A stretch of 64,000 nt of DNA from an uncultured Collinsella sp. (GTDB lineage Bacteria > Actinomycetota > Coriobacteriia > Coriobacteriales > Coriobacteriaceae), in the NCBI GenBank assembly GCA_900539735.1, contig UQDE01000005.1, positions 1,452-65,451 of the forward strand, read 5' to 3'. Below the pieces are notes generated by a model, which saw nothing but the letters and a program-made list of their open reading frames with translations, made no database searches and was not told where the DNA came from. The position numbers and the translations under genes were made by a program. Positions 40,221-49,443 of this stretch are shown here, in pieces; the first letter of the stretch is position 1; the number at the start of each line of letters is the position of its first letter.

Positions 40221-40306
40221 CTTGTGTTATTTGCCGGCGCGTGGGTATAAGAGCAGGCGTTTGGCATAAGATTCAACTGTAAGCCATGTCTAACAAAGGA
40301 GGGCAC

Positions 40307-41437
40307 ATGCCCAACAAACCCGTGAAGATCATCATGCTTACCGGATACCTCGGTGCCGGCAAGACCACGCTGCTCAACCACATCCTCGCTAACGACGGCG
40401 GCATCCGCGCCGCCGTGATCGTCAACGACATCGGCGAGATCAACGTCGACGCTAGCCTTATCGCCGACGGCGGCCTTTCCGAGACCGATGACCTCATCCC
40501 GCTTACCAACGGCTGCATCTGCTGCACGCTTTCGGATGACCTGGCCAACCAGCTGCAGGGCATCGCCGATTCGGGCAACTTCGATTACATCATCATCGAG
40601 GCATCGGGCATTTGCGAGCCTATCCCCATCGCCTACACCATCTCGAGCTTCTGCGACGAGGCCAAGGTGGGCGGCGAGCCCAAGCTCGCGCTCGACAACA
40701 TCGTGGCCGTGGTCGATTGTGCCCGCATGTACGACGAGTTCAACGGCGGTCGCGACCTGCTGGCCGAGGATATCGACGAGGACGACATCGAAAGCCTGCT
40801 CATCCAGCAGATTGAATTCTGCTCCACGCTGATCCTCAACAAGACCGACACCGTGACGCCTGAGCAGATCGCCGAGCTCAAGGCTATCGTGCGCAGCCTG
40901 CAGAAGGACGCCGTGATCGTCGAGGCCCAAAACGGCGAGGTCCCCATGGAGGAGCTGCTCGACACCGACCGCTTCGACTTTATGCGCGCCTATAACTCCG
41001 CCGCCTGGATCGAGGCCATGGAGCATCCCGAGGAGCACGACGACCCCGAGGTGCTCGAGTACGACATCGAGACCTTTGTTTACTCGCGCCGCAAGCCGTT
41101 CGACCTGCAAAAGTTCACCGATTTTGTTGAGCAGGAGTGGCCCGACGAGGTCATTCGCGTCAAGGGTCCGCTGTGGCAGACCGGCGATCCGGACATGTGC
41201 TACATGTTTGAGCAGGCCGGCCACCAGATGCGCCTGATGGAGAACGGTCTGTTCGTTGACTCCGCGCCCGAGGGCGAGAAGCAGAAGATTATCGACGAGA
41301 ACCCCGAGATCATGCAGATTTGGGACGACGAGACGGGCGACCGCATGACGAGCCTGTGCATCATCGGCCGTCACATGGACAAGGATGCACTCATCGCCTC
41401 CCTCGATGCCTGCCTGACCGACTGGCACCGCGCCTAG
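40307..41437 (+). CDS. COG0523/CobW-family metallochaperone GTPase
   Basis: GYLGAGKTT, GCICC, EASG, NKTD and RVKG. Confidence 0.92.
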   Translation: MPNKPVKIIMLTGYLGAGKTTLLNHILANDGGIRAAVIVNDIGEINVDASLIADGGLSETDDLIPLTNGCICCTLSDDLANQLQGIADSGNFDYIIIEASGICEPIPIAYTISSFCDEAKVGGEPKLALDNIVAVVDCARMYDEFNGGRDLLAEDIDEDDIESLLIQQIEFCSTLILNKTDTVTPEQIAELKAIVRSLQKDAVIVEAQNGEVPMEELLDTDRFDFMRAYNSAAWIEAMEHPEEHDDPEVLEYDIETFVYSRRKPFDLQKFTDFVEQEWPDEVIRVKGPLWQTGDPDMCYMFEQAGHQMRLMENGLFVDSAPEGEKQKIIDENPEIMQIWDDETGDRMTSLCIIGRHMDKDALIASLDACLTDWHRA

Positions 41438-41475
41438 GTTTATCCAAGCGGACATTTTCCGCCTACGTAGCCGCC

Positions 41476-41510
41476 AAACCACCACGAAGGTGCCCTTCGT
41501 GGTGGTTTTT
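41476..41510 (+). terminator. Intrinsic terminator
   Basis: AAACCACCACGAAGG/CCTTCGTGGTGGTTT followed by TT. Confidence 0.8.
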
Positions 41511-41531
41511 CGTTCTGAGCCAAGGAGATTC

Positions 41532-42131
41532 ATGTTCAACATTGTGCTGTATGCGCCCGAGATTCCGGCCAATACGGGCAATATCGGCCGCACCTGCGTG
41601 GTCACCGGCGCCCGCCTGCATCTGGTGGAGCCGCTGGGGTTTTCGCTCGACGACAAGACGGTACGTCGCGCCGGTCTGGGCTACTGGCAAAACTTGGACG
41701 TGACGACCTATGCCGGCTGGGAGGATTTCCTTGCGCGCAATGGTCTCTCCCCTGCCGACGAACGCCTGCATCTGCTGACCAAAAAGGCGCGCCGAACCTA
41801 TGCGCAAAGCACCTACCGCGACGGCGACTATTTGGTCTTTGGCAGCGAGAGTTCGGGCATTCCCGAGCCACTGCTTGCCGCGGCGCCCGAGCGTTGCGAG
41901 CGCATCCCCATGCTGCGCGATTGCGACTCACTCGATAACGCCGAGGCATGGGAAGCCCACGAGGAATCGCTCGGGCATACCGAGGACAGCCACGAGGCCA
42001 TCCTTCAACAGGACATCTGCGGCAACTTCGTCAACCCGAACGACTACCGCATCAGTGCACTCAACCTCTCCAACAGCGCCGCCATCGTCCTCTACGAAGC
42101 CTTGCGCCAAACAGGCTTTCCGGGAATGTGA
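41532..42131 (+). CDS. trmL: tRNA (cytidine/uridine-34-2'-O)-methyltransferase
   Basis: PEIPANTGNIGRTC, RRAGLGYW, FGSESSG and LNLSN...YEALRQ. Confidence 0.9.
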   Translation: MFNIVLYAPEIPANTGNIGRTCVVTGARLHLVEPLGFSLDDKTVRRAGLGYWQNLDVTTYAGWEDFLARNGLSPADERLHLLTKKARRTYAQSTYRDGDYLVFGSESSGIPEPLLAAAPERCERIPMLRDCDSLDNAEAWEAHEESLGHTEDSHEAILQQDICGNFVNPNDYRISALNLSNSAAIVLYEALRQTGFPGM

Positions 42132-42159
42132 CAAAGGGACTGTCCCTTTGTCACATTCC
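42123..42159. repeat. REP-like perfect palindrome (ATGTGACAAAGG family)
   Basis: GGAATGTGACAAAGGGAC-T-GTCCCTTTGTCACATTCC; contains the trmL stop codon. Confidence 0.85.
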
Positions 42160-42275
42160 AGCGCCGCGCCGATGGCGCACGCGCCTAATTGATGCTCTAG
42201 ATAAAGAGCCCTCACTTTTAATCAGAATTAACTAAAGTAAAATGAAGTTAAACGGCGGTGTGAAAGGAGAGCCTT

Positions 42276-43376
42276 GTGAAATATCTCGAGAACCCGTTTA
42301 CCCCCAGTTTTGGTGAGGTTCCTGCCCATCTCGCTGGCAGACAGCAGATTATTCGGGATTTGGACCGTGCCTTCTTGAGCCAGCGCAGGCGCCCAGAATT
42401 GACCTCGATCTTCTCAGGCGCGCGTGGAACCGGTAAAACCGCTCTCATGTCGTCGCTCGCAACAAGGGCGGAATCCCACGGCTGGATAGCCGTAAAGACG
42501 ACCGCGCTCCCGGGAATGCTTGAGGAAATCGAGTTCGGGGCGAAACGTGCTGCCGGCCATCTTATCGACCCGTCTAAGAACTTCGAAGTCACCGGCCTCG
42601 GAATTGCACCGCTCGGCAGCATCGAGGTCAATCGCGTTCACGATGCCTCAACCTGGCGTTATCGCATGAGCGACATCATCGACCAGCTCAACGAGGCAGG
42701 CACCGGTCTGCTCGTCACGGTTGACGAGGTGGACCCGACACTCGACGAAATGATTCAGCTCGCAGCGACGTATCAGCACTTTGTGACCGATGGGAAACGC
42801 GTCGCCCTGCTCATGGCGGGACTTCCCAACAACGTCTCGACGTTGCTGAACCACAAGACGGTCTCGTTCCTTCGCCGCGCCCAACAATATCATCTGGGTC
42901 GCATTGCCGACTATGACGTACGCGAGGCCTTGATTCGCACAATCCAGGAAAACGATCGCCTGGCAGATGCTGAGGGAATCGATAGAGCCGTTCGCTCGAT
43001 CTCTGGTTTTCCCTTCCTATTGCAACTCGTAGGCTACCGTGCCTGGGATCTCACAAGCGATTCGAAGGAAATCTCGTCACGCGACTTTGACCTGGGAATC
43101 AAAATCGCGCGCGACGAGATGGACGACCGAATCCTCGCGGCAACCTATCGGGAACTCACTGCAGAGGACAAGCGATTCCTCATCGCCATGCTCGATGACG
43201 AGGAAGAATCCACCACCGCCGACCTCGTCGAACGCCTTAAGCGTTCGCCACAGCAGGTCTCCCGCTATCGACGCCGCATGATAGATGCCGGCATCATCGG
43301 GGAACGAGGACGAGGGCTCGTCGCATTTGAATTGCCGTTCTTCCGTGACTATCTCGCCGCTCAATGCGTGAAATAG
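42276..43376 (+). CDS. AAA/STAND-like ATP-binding protein with C-terminal wHTH
   Basis: NPFTPSFG..P..LAGR, Walker A GARGTGKT, Walker B VTVDE, GFPFLLQLVG and SRYRRRMIDAGII. Confidence 0.85.
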   Translation: MKYLENPFTPSFGEVPAHLAGRQQIIRDLDRAFLSQRRRPELTSIFSGARGTGKTALMSSLATRAESHGWIAVKTTALPGMLEEIEFGAKRAAGHLIDPSKNFEVTGLGIAPLGSIEVNRVHDASTWRYRMSDIIDQLNEAGTGLLVTVDEVDPTLDEMIQLAATYQHFVTDGKRVALLMAGLPNNVSTLLNHKTVSFLRRAQQYHLGRIADYDVREALIRTIQENDRLADAEGIDRAVRSISGFPFLLQLVGYRAWDLTSDSKEISSRDFDLGIKIARDEMDDRILAATYRELTAEDKRFLIAMLDDEEESTTADLVERLKRSPQQVSRYRRRMIDAGIIGERGRGLVAFELPFFRDYLAAQCVK

Positions 43377-43380
43377 GCAT

Positions 43381-43415
43381 CAATGTGACAAAGGGGCAGC
43401 CCCTTTGTCACATTG
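43381..43415. repeat. REP-like perfect palindrome (ATGTGACAAAGG family)
   Basis: CAATGTGACAAAGGGGC-A-GCCCCTTTGTCACATTG between convergent stops. Confidence 0.85.
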
Positions 43416-43416
43416 T

Positions 43417-45930
43417 CTATAGGTAGCGACCGGTAATGCTCTTGGAGCAGGCAGCGATGTCGCCCGGCGTACCGGCGCAGACGATTTGCCCGCCCGCGTC
43501 GCCACCGCCCGGGCCCATGTCGATCACGTAATCGGCGTTACGGATAAGGTCGAGATCGTGTTCGATCACGATAACCGTGGCGCCCTTGGCAACGAGGCCG
43601 TCAAACACACTCAGCAACACCTGAACATCGAGCGGATGCAGGCCAATCGTGGGTTCGTCGAACACGAATACGGCATCATCCTGCACGCGGCCCATCTCGC
43701 TCGCAAGCTTTAGACGCTGTGCCTCACCGCCCGAAAGCGCCGGTGTGGGCTCGCCAAGCGTGAGATAACCCAGGCCCAGATCGTGCAAGGTCTGCAAACG
43801 CGTCTGAACCTTCTTGAGTCCCACCGTGGCGTCGAGCGCCTCATCCACACTCATATCCATGAGCTGCGGCAACGTCAGCAAGCTCCCGTCCTTGCCCTCG
43901 CGATGGATATGCGAAGCCGCGTCTGCATAACGTGAGCCGCGACATGCCGGGCAGACGATCTCGACGTCGGGCAAAAACTGCACGTCGAGTGATATCGAGC
44001 CCGTGCCATCGCACGTAGGGCAGCGCAAGGCGCCGGTGTTGTAGCTAAAGGCACCCGCCTTGTAGCCGGCTGCCTTGGCCTCGGACGTACGGGCGAAGGC
44101 GCGACGCAGCTCGTCATGAATGTCGGCATAAGTCGCCACTGTCGAGCGCACGTTGGCGCCGATAGGCGTAGCGTCAATCAGGTTTGCGCGGGCAATGCCT
44201 TCGGCATCGACCCAGCGCACATGTTTTGGCAGGCGCTCGCCGGCTGCCTGCGCCTTAAGCGCCGGGATGAGCGTCTCGAGCACCAACGTCGTCTTGCCCG
44301 AACCCGAAACGCCCGTAACCGCAACAAGGCGGCCGCGCGGGATATCAACTTCGAGCGGCTTAACGGTATGGATGGCATCGGTTGCCATGCGAATATGCCC
44401 CTGGTCGAACATTTCCTCGTCAGTCACCTGCGGACGCAGGCGCTTGGACTCTGCGCGCAAAAACGGGGCGATGCGGCTGCCCTGCGATTGTTCGACCTCG
44501 TCCACCGTACCTGCAGCGATCACTTTACCGCCGCCCGCTCCGGCAACGGGGCCCATCTCGACCAGATAGTCGGCTTCCGCCAGTACGCGCGTGTCGTGGT
44601 CGACAACAACCACGGTGTTGCCGTCATCCACCAGATCGCGCATCACGCCCACCAAGCCGTCGACATTGGCAGGATGCAAGCCGATCGAAGGCTCGTCCAG
44701 CACATAAAGCACACCCGTCGATCGGTTGCGCACCACGCGGGCGAGCTGCACACGCTGGCGCTCACCCGTGGAGAGCGTGGCGCCGGCGCGATCGAGCGAA
44801 AGGTAATCGAGACCCAGGTCGACCAGACGACGGGCCGCACTCAAAAACGAATCGCAGATATCCGTCGCCATGGGCCGCATCTCGGCCGGCAAGGACGTAG
44901 GCACCCCGCGCACCCACTCAATCGCCTCACCCAGCGTCATGGCCGCTGCTTGCGCCAGATTGATACCGCGCACCTGGGGCTGGCGTGCGGCCTCAGAGAG
45001 ACGCGTGCCGCCGCAGTCACGGCATGGCCCCTCGCGCAAAAAGCGCGCAACGCGTTTTAAGCCCTTATCGTCCTTGACCTTGGCGAGCGCATTCTCGACG
45101 GTATAGACGGCGTTGTAATAGGTAAAGTCGAGTGGCGTAGCGCCCTCGCCGTTTTTGGGCACGTAGAGGATGTGCTTCTTAACCGCCGGACCATGAAACA
45201 CGATGTCGCGCTCTTGAGGCGTGAGCTGGTTAAACGGCACGTCGGTGCGCACGCCCATCTCGCCGGCCACCTGCTTCATCAGATCCCACATGAGCGTACC
45301 CCAGGGAAGCACCGCGCCTTCGTTGATGGTCTTTGACTCGTCGGGCACCAGGCTCGCCTCGTCCACCTCGCGCATGACACCAGTGCCGCCGCAGGTAGAG
45401 CACGCGCCGCCGCTGTTAAAGGCAAGGTCCTCGGCACCCGGCGCGTAGAACTCGCGGCCGCATGCGGGGCACGTGAGCGACAGGCCCGCAGCCACATTAA
45501 GGCTCGGCTCCACACGCGCCCCGCAATGCGGGCACACGTGATGGGCACAGCGGCTAAAGAGCAGACGCAGGCTGTTGTTGAGCTCGGTCATGGTGCCAAA
45601 GGTGGAACGCACGCCCGGCACGCTGGGGCGCTGATGCAATGCGAGCGCCGCCGGCACGTGCAGTACCTCGTCCACCTGGGCGTGTTCGGCCTGCGTCAGG
45701 CGACGTCGAGTATAGGTGCTGAGTGCTTCCAAGTAGCGACGCGAGCCCTCAGCATAAAGAACCCCCAGCGCCAGCGAACTCTTGCCCGAGCCCGACACGC
45801 CGGCAATACCCACGAGCTTTCCCAGCGGAATATCGATATCGATGTCCTTGAGGTTGTGTACACGTGCGCCACGCACTTCGATAGCCTGCGGGCTCATCTT
45901 CTGTTCCGTCACCTTTATCACCCTACTCAT
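43417..45930 (-). CDS. Class II UvrA-like ABC ATPase (UvrA2)
   Basis: GARVHNLK, two GVSGSGK Walker A motifs, LSTGE/LSGGE, CxxC zinc sites; ~830 aa, shorter than canonical UvrA. Confidence 0.88.
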   Translation of the reverse strand: MSRVIKVTEQKMSPQAIEVRGARVHNLKDIDIDIPLGKLVGIAGVSGSGKSSLALGVLYAEGSRRYLEALSTYTRRRLTQAEHAQVDEVLHVPAALALHQRPSVPGVRSTFGTMTELNNSLRLLFSRCAHHVCPHCGARVEPSLNVAAGLSLTCPACGREFYAPGAEDLAFNSGGACSTCGGTGVMREVDEASLVPDESKTINEGAVLPWGTLMWDLMKQVAGEMGVRTDVPFNQLTPQERDIVFHGPAVKKHILYVPKNGEGATPLDFTYYNAVYTVENALAKVKDDKGLKRVARFLREGPCRDCGGTRLSEAARQPQVRGINLAQAAAMTLGEAIEWVRGVPTSLPAEMRPMATDICDSFLSAARRLVDLGLDYLSLDRAGATLSTGERQRVQLARVVRNRSTGVLYVLDEPSIGLHPANVDGLVGVMRDLVDDGNTVVVVDHDTRVLAEADYLVEMGPVAGAGGGKVIAAGTVDEVEQSQGSRIAPFLRAESKRLRPQVTDEEMFDQGHIRMATDAIHTVKPLEVDIPRGRLVAVTGVSGSGKTTLVLETLIPALKAQAAGERLPKHVRWVDAEGIARANLIDATPIGANVRSTVATYADIHDELRRAFARTSEAKAAGYKAGAFSYNTGALRCPTCDGTGSISLDVQFLPDVEIVCPACRGSRYADAASHIHREGKDGSLLTLPQLMDMSVDEALDATVGLKKVQTRLQTLHDLGLGYLTLGEPTPALSGGEAQRLKLASEMGRVQDDAVFVFDEPTIGLHPLDVQVLLSVFDGLVAKGATVIVIEHDLDLIRNADYVIDMGPGGGDAGGQIVCAGTPGDIAACSKSITGRYL

Positions 45931-47041
45931 GCCATATAACTCGATCGCGAATGTACGCGCCCAGCATGGGCACGGTAAACCGGACGAGGCCGTATCCGGC
46001 AGCCTCGATGACGCGCTCGCGAATCAGGCTTGCGCGATATTTGCTCGCCCAGCTTTGGGTGCGATCGCAACGCTCAATGATATCCGCCATGCGAGTCGGT
46101 TTGCCCCCGTCAGCCGCCATGGCCTCGATAAAGAGGCGCTGCGGACTGTGCAGCCCGTAATACAGAGGCGCGTCAACCGCTTCGTAGAACTCGGAGACGG
46201 CATCCGCGTGCCCAGCCTCAACATCGCGCTCTTCAATGACCCGCGAGTCACGCCGGACAGCAGAGCGCCACATGTAATATCCCACCAGCTGAACCATATA
46301 GGGATGCCCCATGCTCTTGCGCGCCGCGAGGTCTGCCGTCTCCGCATCAACGCAAAGACCAGCGTCTTTGACCGTCTGGATATACGAATCGCGCACTTTG
46401 GGCAAAGCAATCGCCCCCAGCGTACGCTGCTGGGCACGCCGCAAAAACGTCACGCTCGGCTCTTCGAGCAAGTCATCAACCATACTGGGTAAGCCGGCGA
46501 GCACCAGCGCAAGACCGCGCTGGTCGCTATCGGACAAGCCCGTAGCATCCTGGTCTCCGAGTACCTGCTGATAGAGAACGGCCAGCGCCGCCAGTTCCTC
46601 GATAGATGCCGATTGGGCCTCGTCAATCGCAAACAATATGCCCTTGCCTGGACCGAGCTTCTTGAGACGCTCGTTGACCAGCCTTCGCAACGTTTCGCCC
46701 TTTGCACGCGCCGCCTCGACTGACATCCGACCAAACGACGGCCCAAACTCCATTGAGGTCACAACGGGCTTATTCGAGCGAAGCGCGTCGGCCAGGCGGT
46801 CGCATAGGCCAAACGAAGCGGAATCGGAGACAACCGCCCACCCGCGCTCGTTGGCGAGACGCTGCAGCTCCCGCAGAAGAACCGTTTTGCCACAGCCGCG
46901 GTTTCCCGTAACGAGCATGAGCCTGCCCGGCGCTCCGGCGCCGTTGTCGAGTCCTTCCTCAAAATCTTCGATGACCGACTCTCGACCGATGAGCATCGGA
47001 GGCCGCTTGCCTGCCGTTGGCTTAAAGGGATTTGGATTCAT
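45923..47041 (-). CDS. AAA/STAND-like ATP-binding protein with C-terminal wHTH (paralog of 42276-43376)
   Basis: NPFKPTAG..P..LIGR, GNRGCGKT, FAIDE, GHPYMVQLVG and SKYRASLI. Confidence 0.85.
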   Translation of the reverse strand: MNPNPFKPTAGKRPPMLIGRESVIEDFEEGLDNGAGAPGRLMLVTGNRGCGKTVLLRELQRLANERGWAVVSDSASFGLCDRLADALRSNKPVVTSMEFGPSFGRMSVEAARAKGETLRRLVNERLKKLGPGKGILFAIDEAQSASIEELAALAVLYQQVLGDQDATGLSDSDQRGLALVLAGLPSMVDDLLEEPSVTFLRRAQQRTLGAIALPKVRDSYIQTVKDAGLCVDAETADLAARKSMGHPYMVQLVGYYMWRSAVRRDSRVIEERDVEAGHADAVSEFYEAVDAPLYYGLHSPQRLFIEAMAADGGKPTRMADIIERCDRTQSWASKYRASLIRERVIEAAGYGLVRFTVPMLGAYIRDRVIWHE

Positions 47042-47074
47042 GTCGGCCTCCTCGGATTGGCAAACCCTGGTAAT

Positions 47075-47104
47075 AGTTATACCAACTTATACCGAGTTAT
47101 ACCA
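47075..47104. promoter_or_regulatory. Three 10-bp tandem repeats in ATPase promoter
   Basis: AGTTATACCA ACTTATACCG AGTTATACCA. Confidence 0.65.
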
Positions 47105-47108
47105 ATAG

Positions 47109-47141
47109 CATGTAACAAAGGAACTGCCCCTTTGTCACATG
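47109..47141. repeat. REP-like palindrome (ATGTGACAAAGG family, degenerate)
   Basis: CATGTAACAAAGGAACTGCCCCTTTGTCACATG; contains the stop codon of the GTPase gene. Confidence 0.8.
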
Positions 47142-49138
47142 TGGCCGAAAAACTCCGCGTCTGCTGCTCGCCAGGGGCGGAAGGTGGCGGGATCGACCTT
47201 TACGTGCGCCGCGGCGGGTACGTCGTACCATTTGACCGTGTAACCGGCGCCGTGAGAGCAAAAGACCGAGTCGGGCGTGTTGGGCAGATCGGCCTCGGGC
47301 TCATAGGCGGCCGTCTCGATGACGCGCTCGGCATCATGGCAAGGCGCATAGCCGGCGAACTCCAGGTACAGATGCCCACGACCACTCGTGTAGGCAGCCA
47401 CCTCCAGCGCGCAATCCTGCACCTCAGATGCCGGAACGCGACCCACAAGCTTCGCCCGGTCTCCCGCCATCGTCGGCGGCTCGTACTCGGCACCCATGCG
47501 CGTGGCATCCGAGAGCGCCCGGCCCACGCACTCCCCCGGCACCTCGAGCTCAAAGCGATACCACGGCTCCAACAGCACCGCCGCGCCGGCCTCACGCGCC
47601 TGCATGAGCCCCTGGCGAATCGCGCGGTACGTGGCCTGGCGAAAATCGCCGCCCTCGGTGTGTTTGGCATGCGCGCGGCCACCCGTGAGCGTAATGCGCA
47701 CATCGGTGATGGGCGAGCCGGTCAGCGCACCCAGATGATCGCGCTCCATGGCGTTGGTGAGCGCCAGACGCTGCCAGTTAAGATCGAGCTCGTCGGTCGA
47801 GGTCACGGTGCCAAACTGCACGCCCGAGCCCGCCGGCAACGGCTCCAGGCGCAGATGCACCTCGGCATAGTGGCGCAGTGGCTCAAAGTGGCCCACGCCC
47901 TCGACCGGCTGCGAAATAGTCTCCTTATAGAGAATGCCGCCAGACTCAAACGCAACCGAAAGGCCAAAACGATCGGCCAACACCCGCTGCACGATCTCGA
48001 GTTGCACGGCGCCCATCAACTGCAGGTGAATCTGCTCCAGATGCGTATTCCAGCTTACGCCGAGCATGGGATCTTCGTCCGCCAGCTCAGTCAATGCTTT
48101 GAACACCGTATGGACATCATGTTCGCCCGGAAGCACCGTATAGGTAAGGACCGGCGCAATGACGGGCGCATCGCCCGCAGGCTCCGCGCCCAGGGCGTCC
48201 CCTGGGCGAACGTGCGCAAGACCCGTCACGGCACAAATACCGCCAGCAGCAACTTCTTGGGCAAGCTCATACTTTTCGCCGTTATAGATGCGTACCTGAT
48301 CGACCTTCTGTTCCCATGCCTCGGCGCCGGAACGTCCGTTAATCAGCTGTTTGGCATGCAGCGTGCCGCCGGTCACTTTAACCCATGCCAAGCGCTCGCC
48401 GCGATCCCCGCGGCTCACACGGTAGACGCGCGCGGCAAACTCCGGGTGCCATGCCCGTTCACGCATCAGCGCGCATATACCATCCAGCAGCTCGTCCACG
48501 CCCTGGTCCTTGAGCGCCGAGCCGGCAAAGCAGGGAAAGAGCTTGCGCTCGGCAACCATGCGCGACAGCGTTGCGACGGAAAGCTCACCCGCTTCAAGAA
48601 ACTCCTCGAGCGCCGCCTCGTCCAACGCAGCAGCGTCCTCCTGAACGGCACCGCCCGCCAGCAGTTCGTTGGCATCCAGGCAGCCTTCGGAAAGACGCTG
48701 CCCAAGCTGTGCCAGCAAAACATCGCGGCCGGGATTCTCCAAATCGATTTTATTGATATAGATGAACGTCGGGATGTCATAGCGCGCAAGCAGGCGCCAC
48801 AGGGTTTCGGTGTGCCCCTGCACGCCGTCGTTGGCGCCCACAACCAAAATCGCATAGTCGAGTGCGCGCAGCGTGCGCTCCGCCTCGGCAGAGAAATCGA
48901 CATGCCCCGGCGCATCCACGAGCATGACGCGGGTATCGCCATGGTCGAGTACGGCCTGCGACGAGAAGATCGTAATACCGCGCTCGCGCTCGATCTCGTT
49001 AGTGTCCAGGTGCGAGTCGCCATCATCAACGTGGCCGCGCTTGCGAATACGACCCGCGTTAAACAGCATGGCCTCGGCCAACGTGGTCTTGCCAGCATCG
49101 ACATGCGCCAAGATTCCAACGACCGCTTGCTTCGACAT
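47135..49138 (-). CDS. EF-G/TetM-like translational GTPase
   Basis: AHVDAGKTT, RGITI, DAPGHVDF, NKID, GHFEPLRHYAEV and HTEGGDFRQA. Confidence 0.88.
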   Translation of the reverse strand: MSKQAVVGILAHVDAGKTTLAEAMLFNAGRIRKRGHVDDGDSHLDTNEIERERGITIFSSQAVLDHGDTRVMLVDAPGHVDFSAEAERTLRALDYAILVVGANDGVQGHTETLWRLLARYDIPTFIYINKIDLENPGRDVLLAQLGQRLSEGCLDANELLAGGAVQEDAAALDEAALEEFLEAGELSVATLSRMVAERKLFPCFAGSALKDQGVDELLDGICALMRERAWHPEFAARVYRVSRGDRGERLAWVKVTGGTLHAKQLINGRSGAEAWEQKVDQVRIYNGEKYELAQEVAAGGICAVTGLAHVRPGDALGAEPAGDAPVIAPVLTYTVLPGEHDVHTVFKALTELADEDPMLGVSWNTHLEQIHLQLMGAVQLEIVQRVLADRFGLSVAFESGGILYKETISQPVEGVGHFEPLRHYAEVHLRLEPLPAGSGVQFGTVTSTDELDLNWQRLALTNAMERDHLGALTGSPITDVRITLTGGRAHAKHTEGGDFRQATYRAIRQGLMQAREAGAAVLLEPWYRFELEVPGECVGRALSDATRMGAEYEPPTMAGDRAKLVGRVPASEVQDCALEVAAYTSGRGHLYLEFAGYAPCHDAERVIETAAYEPEADLPNTPDSVFCSHGAGYTVKWYDVPAAAHVKVDPATFRPWRAADAEFFGHM

Positions 49139-49443
49139 GGCTCTCCTCTTATTGCAAGCCCATCGCACGCGGCAACGGGCGTCCTCGTTCCACACTGGAT
49201 GATACAATGTACGGGCCGACGGGCGAAGCGGGCCCTATCCCCCGACCGAGCTCATCGCCCCGCGTTGCCGCGCGGCGATTTTCGTAGGTTCGCGCCTTGC
49301 GAAAGCCGGCACCTCCCCTTTTTGTCTGCCCGGGCTCATCTGGGGCGATAACAACGCGAGCCCCGCAACAACGCGTTTTACCAAAAATGGCCCCACTCGG
49401 GGCCATTTTCATTTCGGTGAAACGCTGGTATGTGACTCGGCCT

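Noticed and set aside
47135..49138. Acquired tetracycline resistance gene (tetM/tetW)
   Set aside because: Host-like GC and codons, no mobile context, and motifs of a different EF-G-like subfamily
47057..49351. 764-aa + strand ORF
   Set aside because: Antisense shadow of the GTPase gene, typical of high-GC codon bias; no recognisable motifs
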